This document shows positions 1-12,205 of a DNA stretch of 64,000 nt, one piece after another. The DNA comes from Phoronis australis (taxonomy: Eukaryota; Animalia; Phoronida): assembly GCA_002633005.1 (NCBI GenBank), contig NMRA01000251.1:473649-537648 (forward strand), given 5' to 3'. The position numbers were made by a program, and so were the translations under genes. The notes under the pieces were generated by a model. It had not been told where the DNA came from. It did no database searches and worked only from the letters and a program-made list of their open reading frames with translations. How positions within the stretch are numbered: position 1 is the stretch's first letter; each line of letters opens with the position of its first letter.

Positions 1-285
1 TAACAAGCATCTGACATGATGCAAGTTACATATTGGAATGACTTCCTCCTAGACCAATTGGACATTAAGGTTAACAAGCTCAGTTTGGTCAGCATTTTTA
101 CCCATAGCAGAGGACAAAATGAGTGCCAGTAACTGCGAGTGCTCTGCTTATAATTTGTCGATAATATATCGAATTCTTGTTTGGTTAAATTGCTGCTCAT
201 TTTAAACAACAAAACACAGTGGCATTAGAATAACTTACTTTGAATCATTGACCACCTGTGACGTATGTTGTGACTTCAGCCTTAC

Positions 286-390
286 CTGTGATATGAGATA
301 CTTTGTGATACGCTCAGATAGGCGGCCACGGGGGCTATTGAGAATCATCTCCAACATGTCACCTTTCAACTTCTCCATGACGACAAATAT
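286..390 (-). CDS. PRKD: Protein kinase D coding exon, kinase domain ([35 protein letters not shown])
   Basis: 105 nt. AG acceptor at 391-392, GTAAG donor at 285-281, phase 0/0. The peptide matches PKD kinase subdomains V-VIa. Confidence 0.97.
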
Positions 391-3300
391 CTGAAAAGTA
401 GACGTCATTTGTATACCATATCTCTGTAACATGTAATCACTCTCAATCATTATCACCAAGATATTGTTCAGCAATATCACACATATACATTAAAATTCAT
501 ATGTACATAATTTTTTTAAATTTATAATGGTAATCTTGTATATATCATTGAAATTACTGTGGCATTTGTACACTCATCTGTATATACTGATATGTGTATG
601 TTTCAAAACATCGTGTGTCTTGTAATTATGTTGCTAGGTCAGTTACTTTATCTATGTTCAGTTGAGAGTAGAGTTTTGTTTCACAGGTATGAACGTAACA
701 GAATAAAGGCTGTGAACAATGAAAAGTGTCGTGCGTTTAACCAATTCTGTATAACTGATATGTGTGTGTATGTTCACCTGTGCGTGTGTATGTGATTCCC
801 AGGTATGTTTTCTAGCGCTTTCTGTTACATTATATTTTCTGTAATTAACTTTAATGAAGTAGAAGTCAACTTCTGTAAAAGTAATCAGTCTTTAAAACTG
901 CTGTTAACCAGCTGACTAACATTCCCTTAGTTAACTCTTGCACTAATAAGGAAATCCTAGTTGCCCTATGATTCACGTAAAGTACAATGAACTCGTAGCC
1001 ATCTTCAAAGATACTAGCAAACAGTACATTTTGCTGGATCTCTAAATGAGTGAGTGAAACTAGTGCAGTCCCCCAGTAGGTGTACTTCACTACGGTGACA
1101 CACCAAGATAGAATTATTGATACGGTTACCACTAGTTTCCTATTGATAGTTAAACAGAACAGGGACTTTTTTCTATATCTCCAAAAATGAAGGCATGGAA
1201 ATACATTAGCGTTATGTGTTTGCATCTGTCATACCAAACTGGGCAAATCCATACACATCCCAGTGTTGTCTTTCACCAAACACAAAGTAATACAAGAAAT
1301 TCCAATATTCCCAAAATGGGTTGAAAACCAGACACCAATCAAATTTACGTTGTTGAAGATATAAGTTCTTAACATACACCTTTAACAATTAAGGTTTTTT
1401 GTCTATATTTAATCAAGCAAAATAGCATCTAAACTTGTAAACTTGTACCTATATAACATCATTTGAAAGTTTTGTTTTCACATCAGACATTTCCATGGTT
1501 TCAAAGTTTTCTATAAAAATTGGCAAGCACACGCAGACATAGGTAAGGCTTCATTGAATCAGCGAGCTTGTAAACTGAGCATTGTGACAATTTTAAGGCA
1601 AGAGGATAAAGCAGAAATGGTTTCCCAACTTCTACTTCTGTTGCAGTAAAAACAAAATTACTAAGTTATTTAAAGGGATACCGAACCCAGATTTGGACTA
1701 TTAAGAGATAACAAAACAACTTTCCAATCCAGTTCCCTGAAAAAAAATAATGCCCTGTAATCCTCGACAACCCTCAAAAGTTGGAGTAAAATCCTTACAA
1801 AGTCTGCTAAATGGGCAAGCCTTACGTACGCTGTAGGCGAGTTACACAACAAATGTATGAAAGACCACCCACCAAGAATTTTTACTTGAATTCAGCTTTT
1901 TATCACTCATGTGGAATGCCAATGAGTAATGCTTTAGCAGGTGGCAGAACAAGGCCTTGATTGAAATCACCACAACATGGTTTAGTATCCTTCTTACCAT
2001 GTTTCACTAATAGGGAACATTCAACATACAATTTTTCAGTATCACGAGATTATGAAAGCGTCCTTCACCGAACCCCGTTTTTACTAATTCTGGTGTGCAC
2101 GGCAGGCCAAGTCGACAGCAACAAAATGCAAGATTTTTCATTCATGGACATTTCGAAATGGGACATTTTCATAGGAGTCATTAGATTCTTCCACTACACA
2201 AGAGTGGTAATTTAATGGCGTGATGACTGCAAATACAGTCAGACACATTGTGAAATGTGTGATGAAGTGTGTTAGGGCTCTTCGCATGAAATGTTTTTAT
2301 AAAACTGCTCAAAATCAATAAACTACAAACTGACATCCTTTTATGTAAAAAACGATGATTTTTAGCACTCAATAAAATTTGGACTGCATTACAGTGATGT
2401 TTAAACTTTCATTAAAGTAAAGACATCAAATTTCCAAAATGCACATGGAAATTTGCCACGTGATCGTACGTCAGCTCATGGTAGTAGATTGTAGCACAGC
2501 GTTTTTGACAGCCAATCTGTTGCAATAAATTCATCTGGACGAAGTTGATTAAGTCTGCAGTTTTCATCTTTATAATGCTGTTGTCAGAATCTTTTGATAA
2601 TGTATTTGATTTGGTCACATACCGTAAAACCTCATCAATTTAAGACACAGTATAGCAGACACGTGAAATTTTATTCTCTTTTTCATAAATGATATACAGT
2701 ATCAAAATAATGCTCGAACATATTCCAGTTCTCGGCTATATCTACCACCAGACAGCACTTTGAAAAAACGTGGTCGTTCACAACAATGATAGAGAAGCCC
2801 TTGAAAACGAAAAAAACACAAGTTAGACAATTATTTTTCTCCAAAACTGCTGAGATATTACCATGGCACACATAGCCATCCAAAATATTTGCATTGTCAC
2901 ATCAGTCTGACATGTCAGTTTGCAATGCACAATCAGCTGAATCAATCGTGAAATGGAAGCGATAAGTTTCCTTTATTTTCAGCGTGCCGGTGCTCGAACT
3001 ACACTGAATAACCAATGCAACAAATCCAATCAATTAATAATCCATGCTTTTTGTTTGGCCTAACCAGTCAGAGATGGACAGACGGTAATGCCATGTGCTT
3101 CTGGCTTCGTACACGGCACTTAACATGTGCAATATAAAACTTCATTTTTAATGAGAGTAAGTTGCCTTGTCATCTGTTTAGGCAAGAATGGGATCAAAAT
3201 GGGTTAACAGATGGAAACAATAAGGAATTTTGAGTCCATTAAAATGGCTATTCAGTAATCAATCATAAACATGCGGAACTTTTGAAAGCTGCCCCCTGGT

Positions 3301-4845
3301 GTCATGATTCATGCATTACACCAGGTTATTAATTTTGGAATGGAGTGTTGTTTCTGTGTTTAACACAAAGGGCTTGCCTAAATTGCTCCGACTTGATTTA
3401 AAATCAAAAATATTTCAAAAGCAGGCTGGATTGCACTCAAGTATAAGCTGTAAAAGTGCAAAAATCAAAAGTTATGTTTGTCTCTCACATAGTTGTAGTT
3501 TAAACAAGCTATTTGACAGAGGTGGCTAATTTAATAGTATATGTATGATGTTCGTGGAAATGTCAAATCTTTAACAGAAGTTTTTGAACCTACTTAAACA
3601 TTTGTCAGTTAACGTAAGATCTGCAGGTAAGATTAAGTTTGTCATAACATGGGTAACATTAAATCATGAAACTATGTTTTGGTATGTCATTGTACAGATA
3701 CTCATGTGGCTGGTGAGAAGACGATTCTAGCAAACAGCAGTTTCAATAACTGCAGCCTTTTGAATTAACCAGTACCTAAGATCACTTCAGAAAGCTGTTA
3801 CAAAATGTTAGCTTGAAAAAGCAGTATAAAACTCCACACTATACTAATACAATTACTCGCTACTAAAGAAGGAAATATTAAATTCGAAATTACGCAAAGA
3901 CAACAGATTTGAGTTAAACAAACATAAACGCAGGACTAAAACACCTCTATAGTCGTGATGCAGTTATTGCAAAAAAGTAGTTTTGAGCACACCAGGGCTA
4001 AAAATCAAACTTAGTGAAAATGAAAAAAATGAGGTCATGGAAAAGCAAAAAGCTAGGCAACTGTTGTCTGCAGATGTGCCGTTAAACATGGGGATATGGT
4101 AAATCTTGTCTTACTTTGAGAAAAAACATGCTATGATTGTCCTATTTCTTTAAGGTGGATTACTTTGTTTCAAAAGGGAACTTTGCCAATGTTTTGAATG
4201 ACATTACGCAGCTCAAACTATGATAATGGTAGCATAAAATTTTCTATCTGTATTTTTGGTGAGCTCTCACTTGTCCATCATAATGTGAGCAGAATCGCAA
4301 AGAATTACCATACAATCACAGACAGAAGCAAGGCGAAACTGCAGGAGTTAACTCCCTTGTTAATCATGCATGAAACAAGGAAAATCTCTTCTGCGCAGCA
4401 CATTATCAGAAAAACAGCACGCGAAAGGGGGACAGAACTGAGATGACTCTCAACTACTCTGAATGGATCATAGAAATGCAACCATGAAATCAGGTTATTG
4501 AAATAATAATAATAATAGTAAAGAAATCAAAATGTCAATTGAATAGTCATTCACATTCGCTGTGCTCTCTCACTCAGCAAAATGGTCATACTCACTTTTT
4601 GGGGAATGACTCCCTGTTAATAAAAATGCTTGTTTTTACTTTTTGCCAACAAATAATTATGCAATATATTTTGCTTAAATTTTCCAAGAAATAATCAAAT
4701 TCATAGGTTACCAAGATAGCATTAATGATAATGAAGTTATTCAAAACAAAACAACAACAAATCAAAGCAAAACAGTGCGGTCTAACAGAATAAGCCACAA
4801 TATCAAAAGCCATCTTGAAACCAAACATGGTCGCCATATACCCAC

Positions 4846-4902
4846 CCTTTCTGGAGTCTCAAACATTTTTTCCAGGTTGACTACACCAGGATGGTGCAAG
4901 TT
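4846..4902 (-). CDS. PRKD: Protein kinase D coding exon ([19 protein letters not shown])
   Basis: 57 nt. tttacag acceptor, gtgggt donor, phase 0/0. The peptide is typical of PKD and is absent from the ORF track. Confidence 0.96.
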
Positions 4903-4988
4903 CTGTAAATCAGATCAAGTAATAAATGAACAACTTAAAATTTAGACATGAAGACATACAGAACATATTGCTTGATTGTAAGTGCTAA

Positions 4989-5480
4989 AGGTTAATATTT
5001 AGGACATAGTTGATAAGTCTGTGTAGTTGGCCAAATACTCAGTATATGATTTATTTTACGAATGCAAAAAGCTTGCGGACTTAATAAAATTATAGAAATG
5101 TCCTGTCTATTGGGTCACATGACCACGCCTTTAAAATAAAAATTAGCAAAAAAGAAAGGTAAATTTTCATATCAAAACCACGGTAACAATAACAGGGCCA
5201 ACTTTTGTTTGATATAAATTTTCAAGATGTGATCATAAAAAGATGCCATAGTTTTCTAGATTATCAAGTTGTTTCCGATTTATGCAAAAGTGGAACATTT
5301 TAAAAACAATTCCTAAGAGAGTTTTGGAAAACGGTGCATAAAGCATAAGTTTCGTTCAAATCCCATCCGCCATTTTTGAGATAAGATGTTCCAAAATTAA
5401 CCAAATTTGGACAGTTTTCCAAAGTTCCACAAAACCTCAAGCTTCAAAAATGTTCCTCCACTCCCTTGAGTCATCAGAAT
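4989..5480. mobile_element. Diverged dispersed repeat; related inverted copies near 55610-56130 and 56804-57172
   Basis: Shared blocks in reverse complement, for example tgcaaaagtggaacattttaaaa versus ttttaaaatgttccacttttgca, and attgggtca versus tgacccaat. Boundaries are approximate. Confidence 0.55.
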
Positions 5481-6169
5481 GAATAAATTAGTACATTACA
5501 ACTTGATCCACATCAGGCTATAACGTGCATGGTACAACTGAAATTGGTCCATAGCCCATGGAAAAAACCAATGGCACAAAATATCATTTGCCGAGACCAC
5601 CTCAAATTCCACTTACAGTAAAAATAACAGGTTATGACAAGTTTTTGAAACAACAAGTGAACCTAACAATAGAATAGCATTTCCACCATTTAAACTTCCT
5701 CCATCATTCAAGGCAATGGCGGACAGTAACTACGGCCCTGCCTGTGCTCAGTGACCATGACAGGGAATTCTGGATACACTTAACATGTACTTCATAGTAA
5801 TCATTACAAAAAATTGTGCATGTAATCAGCTTGCTTCTATGACAAAGACACCATTATTCATACAGAGCAAAAGATCTCATAAAAACAAATTCTTGAATTC
5901 ATAGCAAGAACACTTGGACAGTAAAGTGAACAATTGATTTAAAGGAAAAACATCCATTTAACACAAATGGGTTATTAAAACATTCATCCAAGAGATTTCA
6001 TCCTTAAGCTTTTAACATTTAGTCCAACAATCTGACGGCAATTTAACAACATTTAATGTTTATCTAGCCGTAATACAAAAGGTGATGTGTCAGTATATTG
6101 AACAAACATCACTTTGTGAATGGATACCAACAGAAGGTGATGTTTCAGTAAAAATTTAACAGACATCAC

Positions 6170-6276
6170 CTTGAGAATGGAAACCTCAGTCTTGAGTTGG
6201 GCTTCTTCCTTTGTCGGGAACCTTAACTTGTCAATAACTTTAATGGCAACCTCACGTCCATCACGTCTGTTTTTAC
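6170..6276 (-). CDS. PRKD: Protein kinase D coding exon with catalytic lysine ([36 protein letters not shown])
   Basis: 107 nt. ttttcag acceptor, gtgatg donor, phase 1/0. Contains the VAIK motif. Confidence 0.97.
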
Positions 6277-6896
6277 CTGAAAACAAGAGAAGGGGGGAGG
6301 TCTAAATTTTTGGTAATTCAAACCTACAGTAGGTTTAACTCAATGTTCCTTTGTGACCTTTCACCTCAAATACAAGCCAGAAGGTATGTATGTAAATGTG
6401 GAGACTTGCAACTTCGAAACTTATCATCATACATTCTACATCATATATCAAGGCTTAAATTAATGAAAATTGCAGTTGTGGTCAGGTAACAAAGTGCGAG
6501 TGTTCAAGAATGACTTACTGTTTTATCACGACCCTTGACTTATAATTCAGGATAACTTGAACAGAGACCAATTTGTGAGTGAAACAAAACCTTCCATTTA
6601 TCCTTGATAAAGCACAAACTGAAGGAGGAATCTTCTAAAGAGGTGTTCATAAAAGTTTGGGCATTAGCTGTCCTACCACAGAACTCATTAATAACTTAGT
6701 CAACAGCAGCAGATCCAAAGGGAGTTCAGGAGCAAATCTCAAGTGTTCCTTGTTGGTCCATAGTCATCAACTCGTAATCCAGATCCAGAATCCTCACTTG
6801 GTGAAGTAACATGGACAACCATCAATACACAGAGCCTCATACCTAGACACACTAGTGTCTATGACTGGTTCACTCTGAAAGCACTAACCACCCTAC

Positions 6897-7010
6897 CTCC
6901 GTACACAATACCAAACTGTCCCGAGCCCAGCACGTCATCAGGGAAGATCTGGTACAGCTGACTCACATCTTGTTTCTCTTCTTCCTTCCGGCCCTCGTAG
7001 GTCGAAGTTT
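6897..7010 (-). CDS. PRKD: Protein kinase D coding exon with glycine-rich loop ([38 protein letters not shown])
   Basis: 114 nt. tgtttag acceptor, gtaggg donor, phase 1/1. Contains the [15 protein letters not shown] PKD signature. Confidence 0.95.
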
Positions 7011-8229
7011 CTAAACAACAACAGAACAGTTCAAATGAAAACAGTATTTCAGTTTAAGAATACTTCAAAATGTTTCAGAAAAATCTGACTATAATGCAAA
7101 AGTCAAGAACATGGTTCCTGGCTTTTTGGCAATACATCAAAAGACATTAAAAAACAAAAACCATATTTGAAGAAACATTTGTTGTTTTTCTAATCAACCC
7201 GATCAAAAAGTTTTCAACAAAAAACTATGTGCAAAAATGGTGAAAATTTGCTGAATTGAACTGCTTTGAACAGTTTTCTCTGACTTAGATTGAGAAAAAA
7301 GTCAGAGAAGTGACTGTACAGTGAAAATTGGCAATCAAAAACAGACACCAGTATATTTTTATTTACGTCATTAATGTCATCAGAAAAAAAGCAAAACTAC
7401 CAAGTTAATGGACACTCAAGGTCACTTTAGACAATGTGACATTGTTCTAAAGAAAAAGAATGAGCGCCCTATCTTGCAATGTTATTAGTAAGCAGATGAA
7501 AATAACGAAACAGTGTGTTGTGAAAATCCCACCCTCACATGTCAGCGTTGCCCATAGTGTCCTAAGCACTTGGTAGCATGTTGTTCCTGAAATGTTTTTA
7601 AGGGAGCGCCTTTGTGGCTTCGTTTTAAGAGTCCACTAAGACACAACAAATTAGAACCTGGGGTTAGTAAAACTCCTTCAAATTACAACTTGGTCTTATT
7701 CTTGTCTGCAGACTGCGATTAAAGCTCGGCATGCGAGCTTTCACGTAAGGATGTTTAAACACCATTGATTTATCAATTTGACTGCATCTATGGAAAACTT
7801 CCGGTAACTAAAAAAGTGGTCATTTCAAACTATCAATCAAAGGAAACTTCATACATGTGCGGCTTGTATTTATAAATAAAAATTGTCAAGCCCAAACAAT
7901 ATTATCAAATGGCTAAAAAGCCTTTCACTAGTCTATTCTCATGCACATTACGTGGGTTAATAATGGGTATTTAGGAATATATGCAAATAGGTAGCAGAAC
8001 AATGTACATACTTTATTCTATTGCACCTGATTGGCAGGTGCTTCAGGTCTGTGACCACAGGTGCATTCTGGTATATTGTGAGTTTTACATGATCAAGCAT
8101 TCTCAGGATATTGCGACGTATTAAAAGTAAACCACATGATCTCACTTGTTCTTGCTCCTGAGTAAGGCTACTGAGTAGACATGGATAACATATGTACAGT
8201 GAACAGAGACTGGAGTAAAGATCACAAAC

Positions 8230-8482
8230 CTGCACTGTGCGTGGTTACAGGGAGAAGTGCCTGGCGAATGGCGTGTTCCAATGACTGAGCTTGTTCCAGG
8301 CCTATACCACTGTCTGACGACTGAGGGGGACACTCACGCGTCCCTCCACACGTGGGGTCTTCACCCACGTAATAAGATGTCTGGTCACACTGTATCTCGA
8401 ATACATGCGGGTCGCGAGTGGCGTCAACCGACTGTGGATCACGTGTAGTCTCAATATGGATTACGTCACTTAATGGGATCTC
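8230..8482 (-). CDS. PRKD: Protein kinase D coding exon, C-terminal part of PH domain (EIPLSDVIHIE...PHVFEIQ...YYVGED...SGIGLEQAQSLEHAIRQALLPVTTHSA)
   Basis: 253 nt open frame. gagcag acceptor, gtttgt donor, phase 0/1. Contains the EIPLS, FEI, YYVGE and AIRQALxPV motifs of the PKD PH domain. Confidence 0.94.
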
Positions 8483-8744
8483 CTGCTCAATAAAAAGAAA
8501 GATAATTGCTGCCCAGACGCATTAAATGATGTCTACCTAACTTACATTTAGTCATTATTAATATTTTCTTGTTATTATTATTGGCATTACTATCATTACT
8601 ATTATCATAACTATCATTACTATGAATAATTAATTTTACCACCAACCTTATGCATCAATAAACAATGTTATAAGGAGTTTGTTTCCTTCACAAGCAGTGA
8701 ACATTTTTTAAATGAAATTAGAAACTTGCCAATTTCACCAACTA

Positions 8745-9149
8745 GGGGGAATCCACAATTGGCTAGACTTCAAAAACACTTGCCCCAATTTCAAAAACTT
8801 TCTGCTGGACTGCAAAACCCAATGGGCGGTGTTCCAACTGTGTCATCAAAACGCAATGTCCAGTACCTAAAAACCAGATGGCCACACCTAAAAAAACTGG
8901 TTGGCCGGCTCAAGCAAAACAGCTGAATAGGAAGTCTGGCCGTTGTGTTTGATCACTGACCAACTGGTTATAGCACCAATCATCGTGATTTGGGTCCAGC
9001 CAACTAGTTTTTTAGGTGAAGTCTAAACAACACGTTTGATCACTGGCCATTGGGTTTTGCAGACCAGCCGCTTCGTTTTGAAATCCAGCCAAGTGGTTTT
9101 GAAGTCCGGCCATGTGGTTTTGAAGTCCGACCAATTGCTGAACCCCCCT
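8745..9149. mobile_element. MITE-like element with imperfect terminal inverted repeats
   Basis: Left agggggaatccacaattggctagacttcaaaa pairs with right ttttgaagtccgaccaattgctgaaccccctt. Internal tttgaagtcc repeats. Confidence 0.65.
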
Positions 9150-9694
9150 TGACCAAACCTAGTACTTGGCAAGATGAAACGAAGTTAAAACACGCAAAAT
9201 ACTGTACAACTATGGACAATCAGAACTTATGTCTGCTGACAAATGTAAGAATAAGACAAAATACAACCGAGATACATGTGTGCCCTTAACATAACAATCA
9301 TCCCAGGTTTAAGCTAGGGATATCCACGTACAATCTTACACAAACAGCATCAGAGAATGTTTCTACAGTAGTTGAAAAGTAAATACTAAAAGCAAAACTT
9401 TTTGATAACGAGCATCACTGACGAATTTAAGTGCAAGTGGTAACTAGTAAACTGACAGTTTTACAGCATCTCAAATAGTAATTTAGAGCTGCATTTAATA
9501 TTGCACGCTGAGACTGCATGCAAAACATTTGTCACTCGCTTCTATTTTCCTTAAAATATTTTCAAACTTACAAAATGAAACACTACAATGCACACAGATA
9601 CAAAAAACCTGATTGACTAAAATAAACCTAGATTCAAGCAATGACCAAGAACAGGTGGGGTCAGTGAACTGCCATGCACCACAGATAGTCTCAC

Positions 9695-9772
9695 CTTGAA
9701 ATAACGCCCGACTTTCTCATTCTGATACAGGGTAATTGCCTTTGTGTCCAGCCGCCAATAGTGACGTTTTCT
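9695..9772 (-). CDS. PRKD: Protein kinase D coding exon, PH domain (RKRHYWRLDTKAITLYQNEKVGRYFK)
   Basis: 78 nt. ttgtag acceptor, gtgaga donor, phase 0/0. Contains the RKRHYWRLD signature. Confidence 0.97.
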
Positions 9773-10419
9773 CTACAAGCAAAGTTTCAAAATAGTAACA
9801 AAACTTGAAGCAAAAACTGCAAATTAATAGAAGGTTAGAAGATTTTTACCAGGATGTCCTGATGTTTTCTTCTCTGATATAAAAATAATATGCCTATAAA
9901 CCCCCCTTCAACCCCAAGTATGCACTAGACACCATTTAAAAACATGAAACTGGTTTTAACTTGTTCCTTGCTCAAATTGGAAAGACATGACAGTTCATTT
10001 CTTGCTTGAGATCAGGTTAAACTTAAAGTCGCTTGTCATGATGGTTCATTTTATGTGCCGAGCATGGTCTCAAAAAATAAATGAAATATCAGTTCTTTAA
10101 CAAACCAGAGGTAAAGTCTTATCTGAGCAAGGAACAAGTTGACAGCAGCTTTATAATAAATATAGTAAGTGGTCTAATTCAAAAGTTCCTACATTTGATG
10201 GATGTAGTTTCAAACTGTCATGTTTTTGCTGCCATCCCGAGGCATTACACAATTCACAGGTCACACTGAGCACATAATTGTAGATAACAACTTTGTCACC
10301 ACAGCCATCAAAAATCTATTTCTATTTACAGCAAGCAAATGCTGATATTATTATTGTGTAGTCAGCTCAGTAACATATACCATGATTTATGTCAATAGCA
10401 AGAGAGTGTAGTAATAAGT

Positions 10420-11122
10420 ACAGAGTGGTCCTGGCTAGTGAAGTGTACCGTTGAGTTTTGATTCATGCCTAAAGTGGGGTGGGGCATGTTGTTATGATTA
10501 CTGTGTAGTCCCAGTTAGTGAAGTGTACCATTGAGGTTGATTCATGCCTAAAGTGGGAGGGGGTGTTGTTATTACTGTGTAGTCCTAGTTAGTGAAGTGT
10601 ACCATTGAGTTTGATTCATGCCTTGAGTGGGGGGTGCTGTTGATTACCCTGTGGTCCTACTTGGTGAAGAGCACCATAGAGTTTGATTCAACCCTAAAGT
10701 GGGGGAATATTATTGATTACAATGTGGTCCTAGTTAGTGAAGTGTACCATTGAGTTTGATTCATGCCTTGAGTGGGGGGTGTTGTTATGATTACCATGTG
10801 GTCCTACTTGGTGAAGAGCACCATAGAGTTTGATTCAACCCTAAAGCGGGGGGAATGTTATTGATTACTGTGTGGTCCTAGTTAGTGAAGAGTACCATTG
10901 AGTTTGATTCATGCTTTGAGTGGGGGGTGTTGTTATGACTACCGTGTGGTCCTACTTGGTGAAGAGCACCATAGAGTTTGATTCAACCCTAAAGTGGGGG
11001 AATGTTATTGATTACTGTGTGGTCCTAGTTAGTGAAGTGTAGCATAATGAGTTTGATTCAAGCCTAGAGTGGGGGAGAGATGTTGTGATTACCGTGTGGT
11101 CCCGGTTGGTGAAGTGTACCAT
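10420..11122. repeat. Minisatellite of about 71-80 bp units (9 intronic copies plus the exon end itself), partly an alternating A/B dimer
   Basis: Repeated core gattacYgtgtggtcctagttagtgaagtgtaccattgagtttgattcatgcct(a/t)(a/g)agtggggg. The last unit is the real exon end. Confidence 0.95.
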
Positions 11123-11216
11123 CCAGCCTTCACGAATGATCTTGGAGCCTGTTCTCTTGGTATGCTTCACTGATTGCACAATACGCATGAGAGGAATCTG
11201 ACTGCTTGAAGTGGGA
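11093..11216 (-). CDS. PRKD: Protein kinase D coding exon, start of PH domain ([42 protein letters not shown])
   Basis: 124 nt. gtttcag acceptor, gtaatc donor, phase 2/0. Contains the [15 protein letters not shown] and EGWMVH signatures. Confidence 0.97.
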
Positions 11217-12069
11217 CTGAAACATGGAAAAGAAGTATTTTATATTTGTTGACACACAATAAATAGTATGCATACAAAACTTAATTCACATATAATATTT
11301 CAATGATATCGGCCATGACAGATGGTATGAAGAATACCACATTTGACCGTAATGGTCAGATTGTTATAAACACCTCCTGGTTACAAGCATTAGCCTGCAT
11401 TGACCCTTGAAAAAAAGAATAACAGAACCTCACCTTTACAATACATTTAAAGAACAAGTCAAACAATGGTTCAGATAAACAGAAATTGAATTCATGGATG
11501 AGCAGTGACCAAGTCTTGGGGAGACTTAAATGTCAAGATGACCGAGTCCATAAACTCAACTTCAATATGTCATGCTGCGATGTTATGATATTTATATGCT
11601 CTTCAATGAGAAATGTCAACATCTTAGTGTTGTTTACAATGGAACACAGTTAGACAATTGACTATGTTACACAGTTATGTTGTCAAAACTCCTGACCTAA
11701 ATTGTTGGTTGATTTGTAGATTTTAAATATGACAAATTTATAATACTCAAGATCAATATAAATGTACACTGTGGGGTATTCCTCCGGAGAGTAAGGCTGT
11801 AACCCATTTACATGACGCAAACTGGAAAACAATAAACTCACCGTAGAAGACAACTGCAGGAAGATCTGGTCTCATTAAGGTTCGTTAGTGAGACTCTTCA
11901 TGTATTTTTTGTTTAATGTATCATGTAGCCATAGATGGTTTGTGCATATTTTGAGCCAATATACACTGTGCACTACATTGTAACGTGATGACCGAGATTA
12001 AAATAAAAATACAAAATAAGTAACTTGTGGTCTGTTCAGAATTTTTTAACAATGAAAGATGCGTGACAC

Positions 12070-12205
12070 CTGAGCGGGGGTTTCTGCTGCGTTGGCTCCT
12101 CATTTTCATTCTCCACCGACTCCTCTTCTTCCTCCAGCTCTGAAATCTCAGTCGAGTCAGTGTCCAAGTTGCTGTCAATCTCAGAGTTGAAGTCGAGGAA
12201 AGGAT
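12070..12205 (-). CDS. PRKD: Protein kinase D coding exon, acidic linker (DPFLDFNSEIDSNLDTDSTEISELEEEEESVENENEEPTQQKPPL); alternative in-frame acceptor at 12229
   Basis: Acidic open frame at the expected position between C1b and PH. Phase 1/2 exactly bridges the neighbouring exons. The gtgtca donor is weak and two acceptors are possible. Confidence 0.82.

Noticed and set aside
10420-11122. CRISPR-like appearance of regularly spaced repeats
   Set aside because: The intervening sequences are themselves repeated rather than unique spacers, the core is a copy of a eukaryotic exon end, and there are no cas genes.
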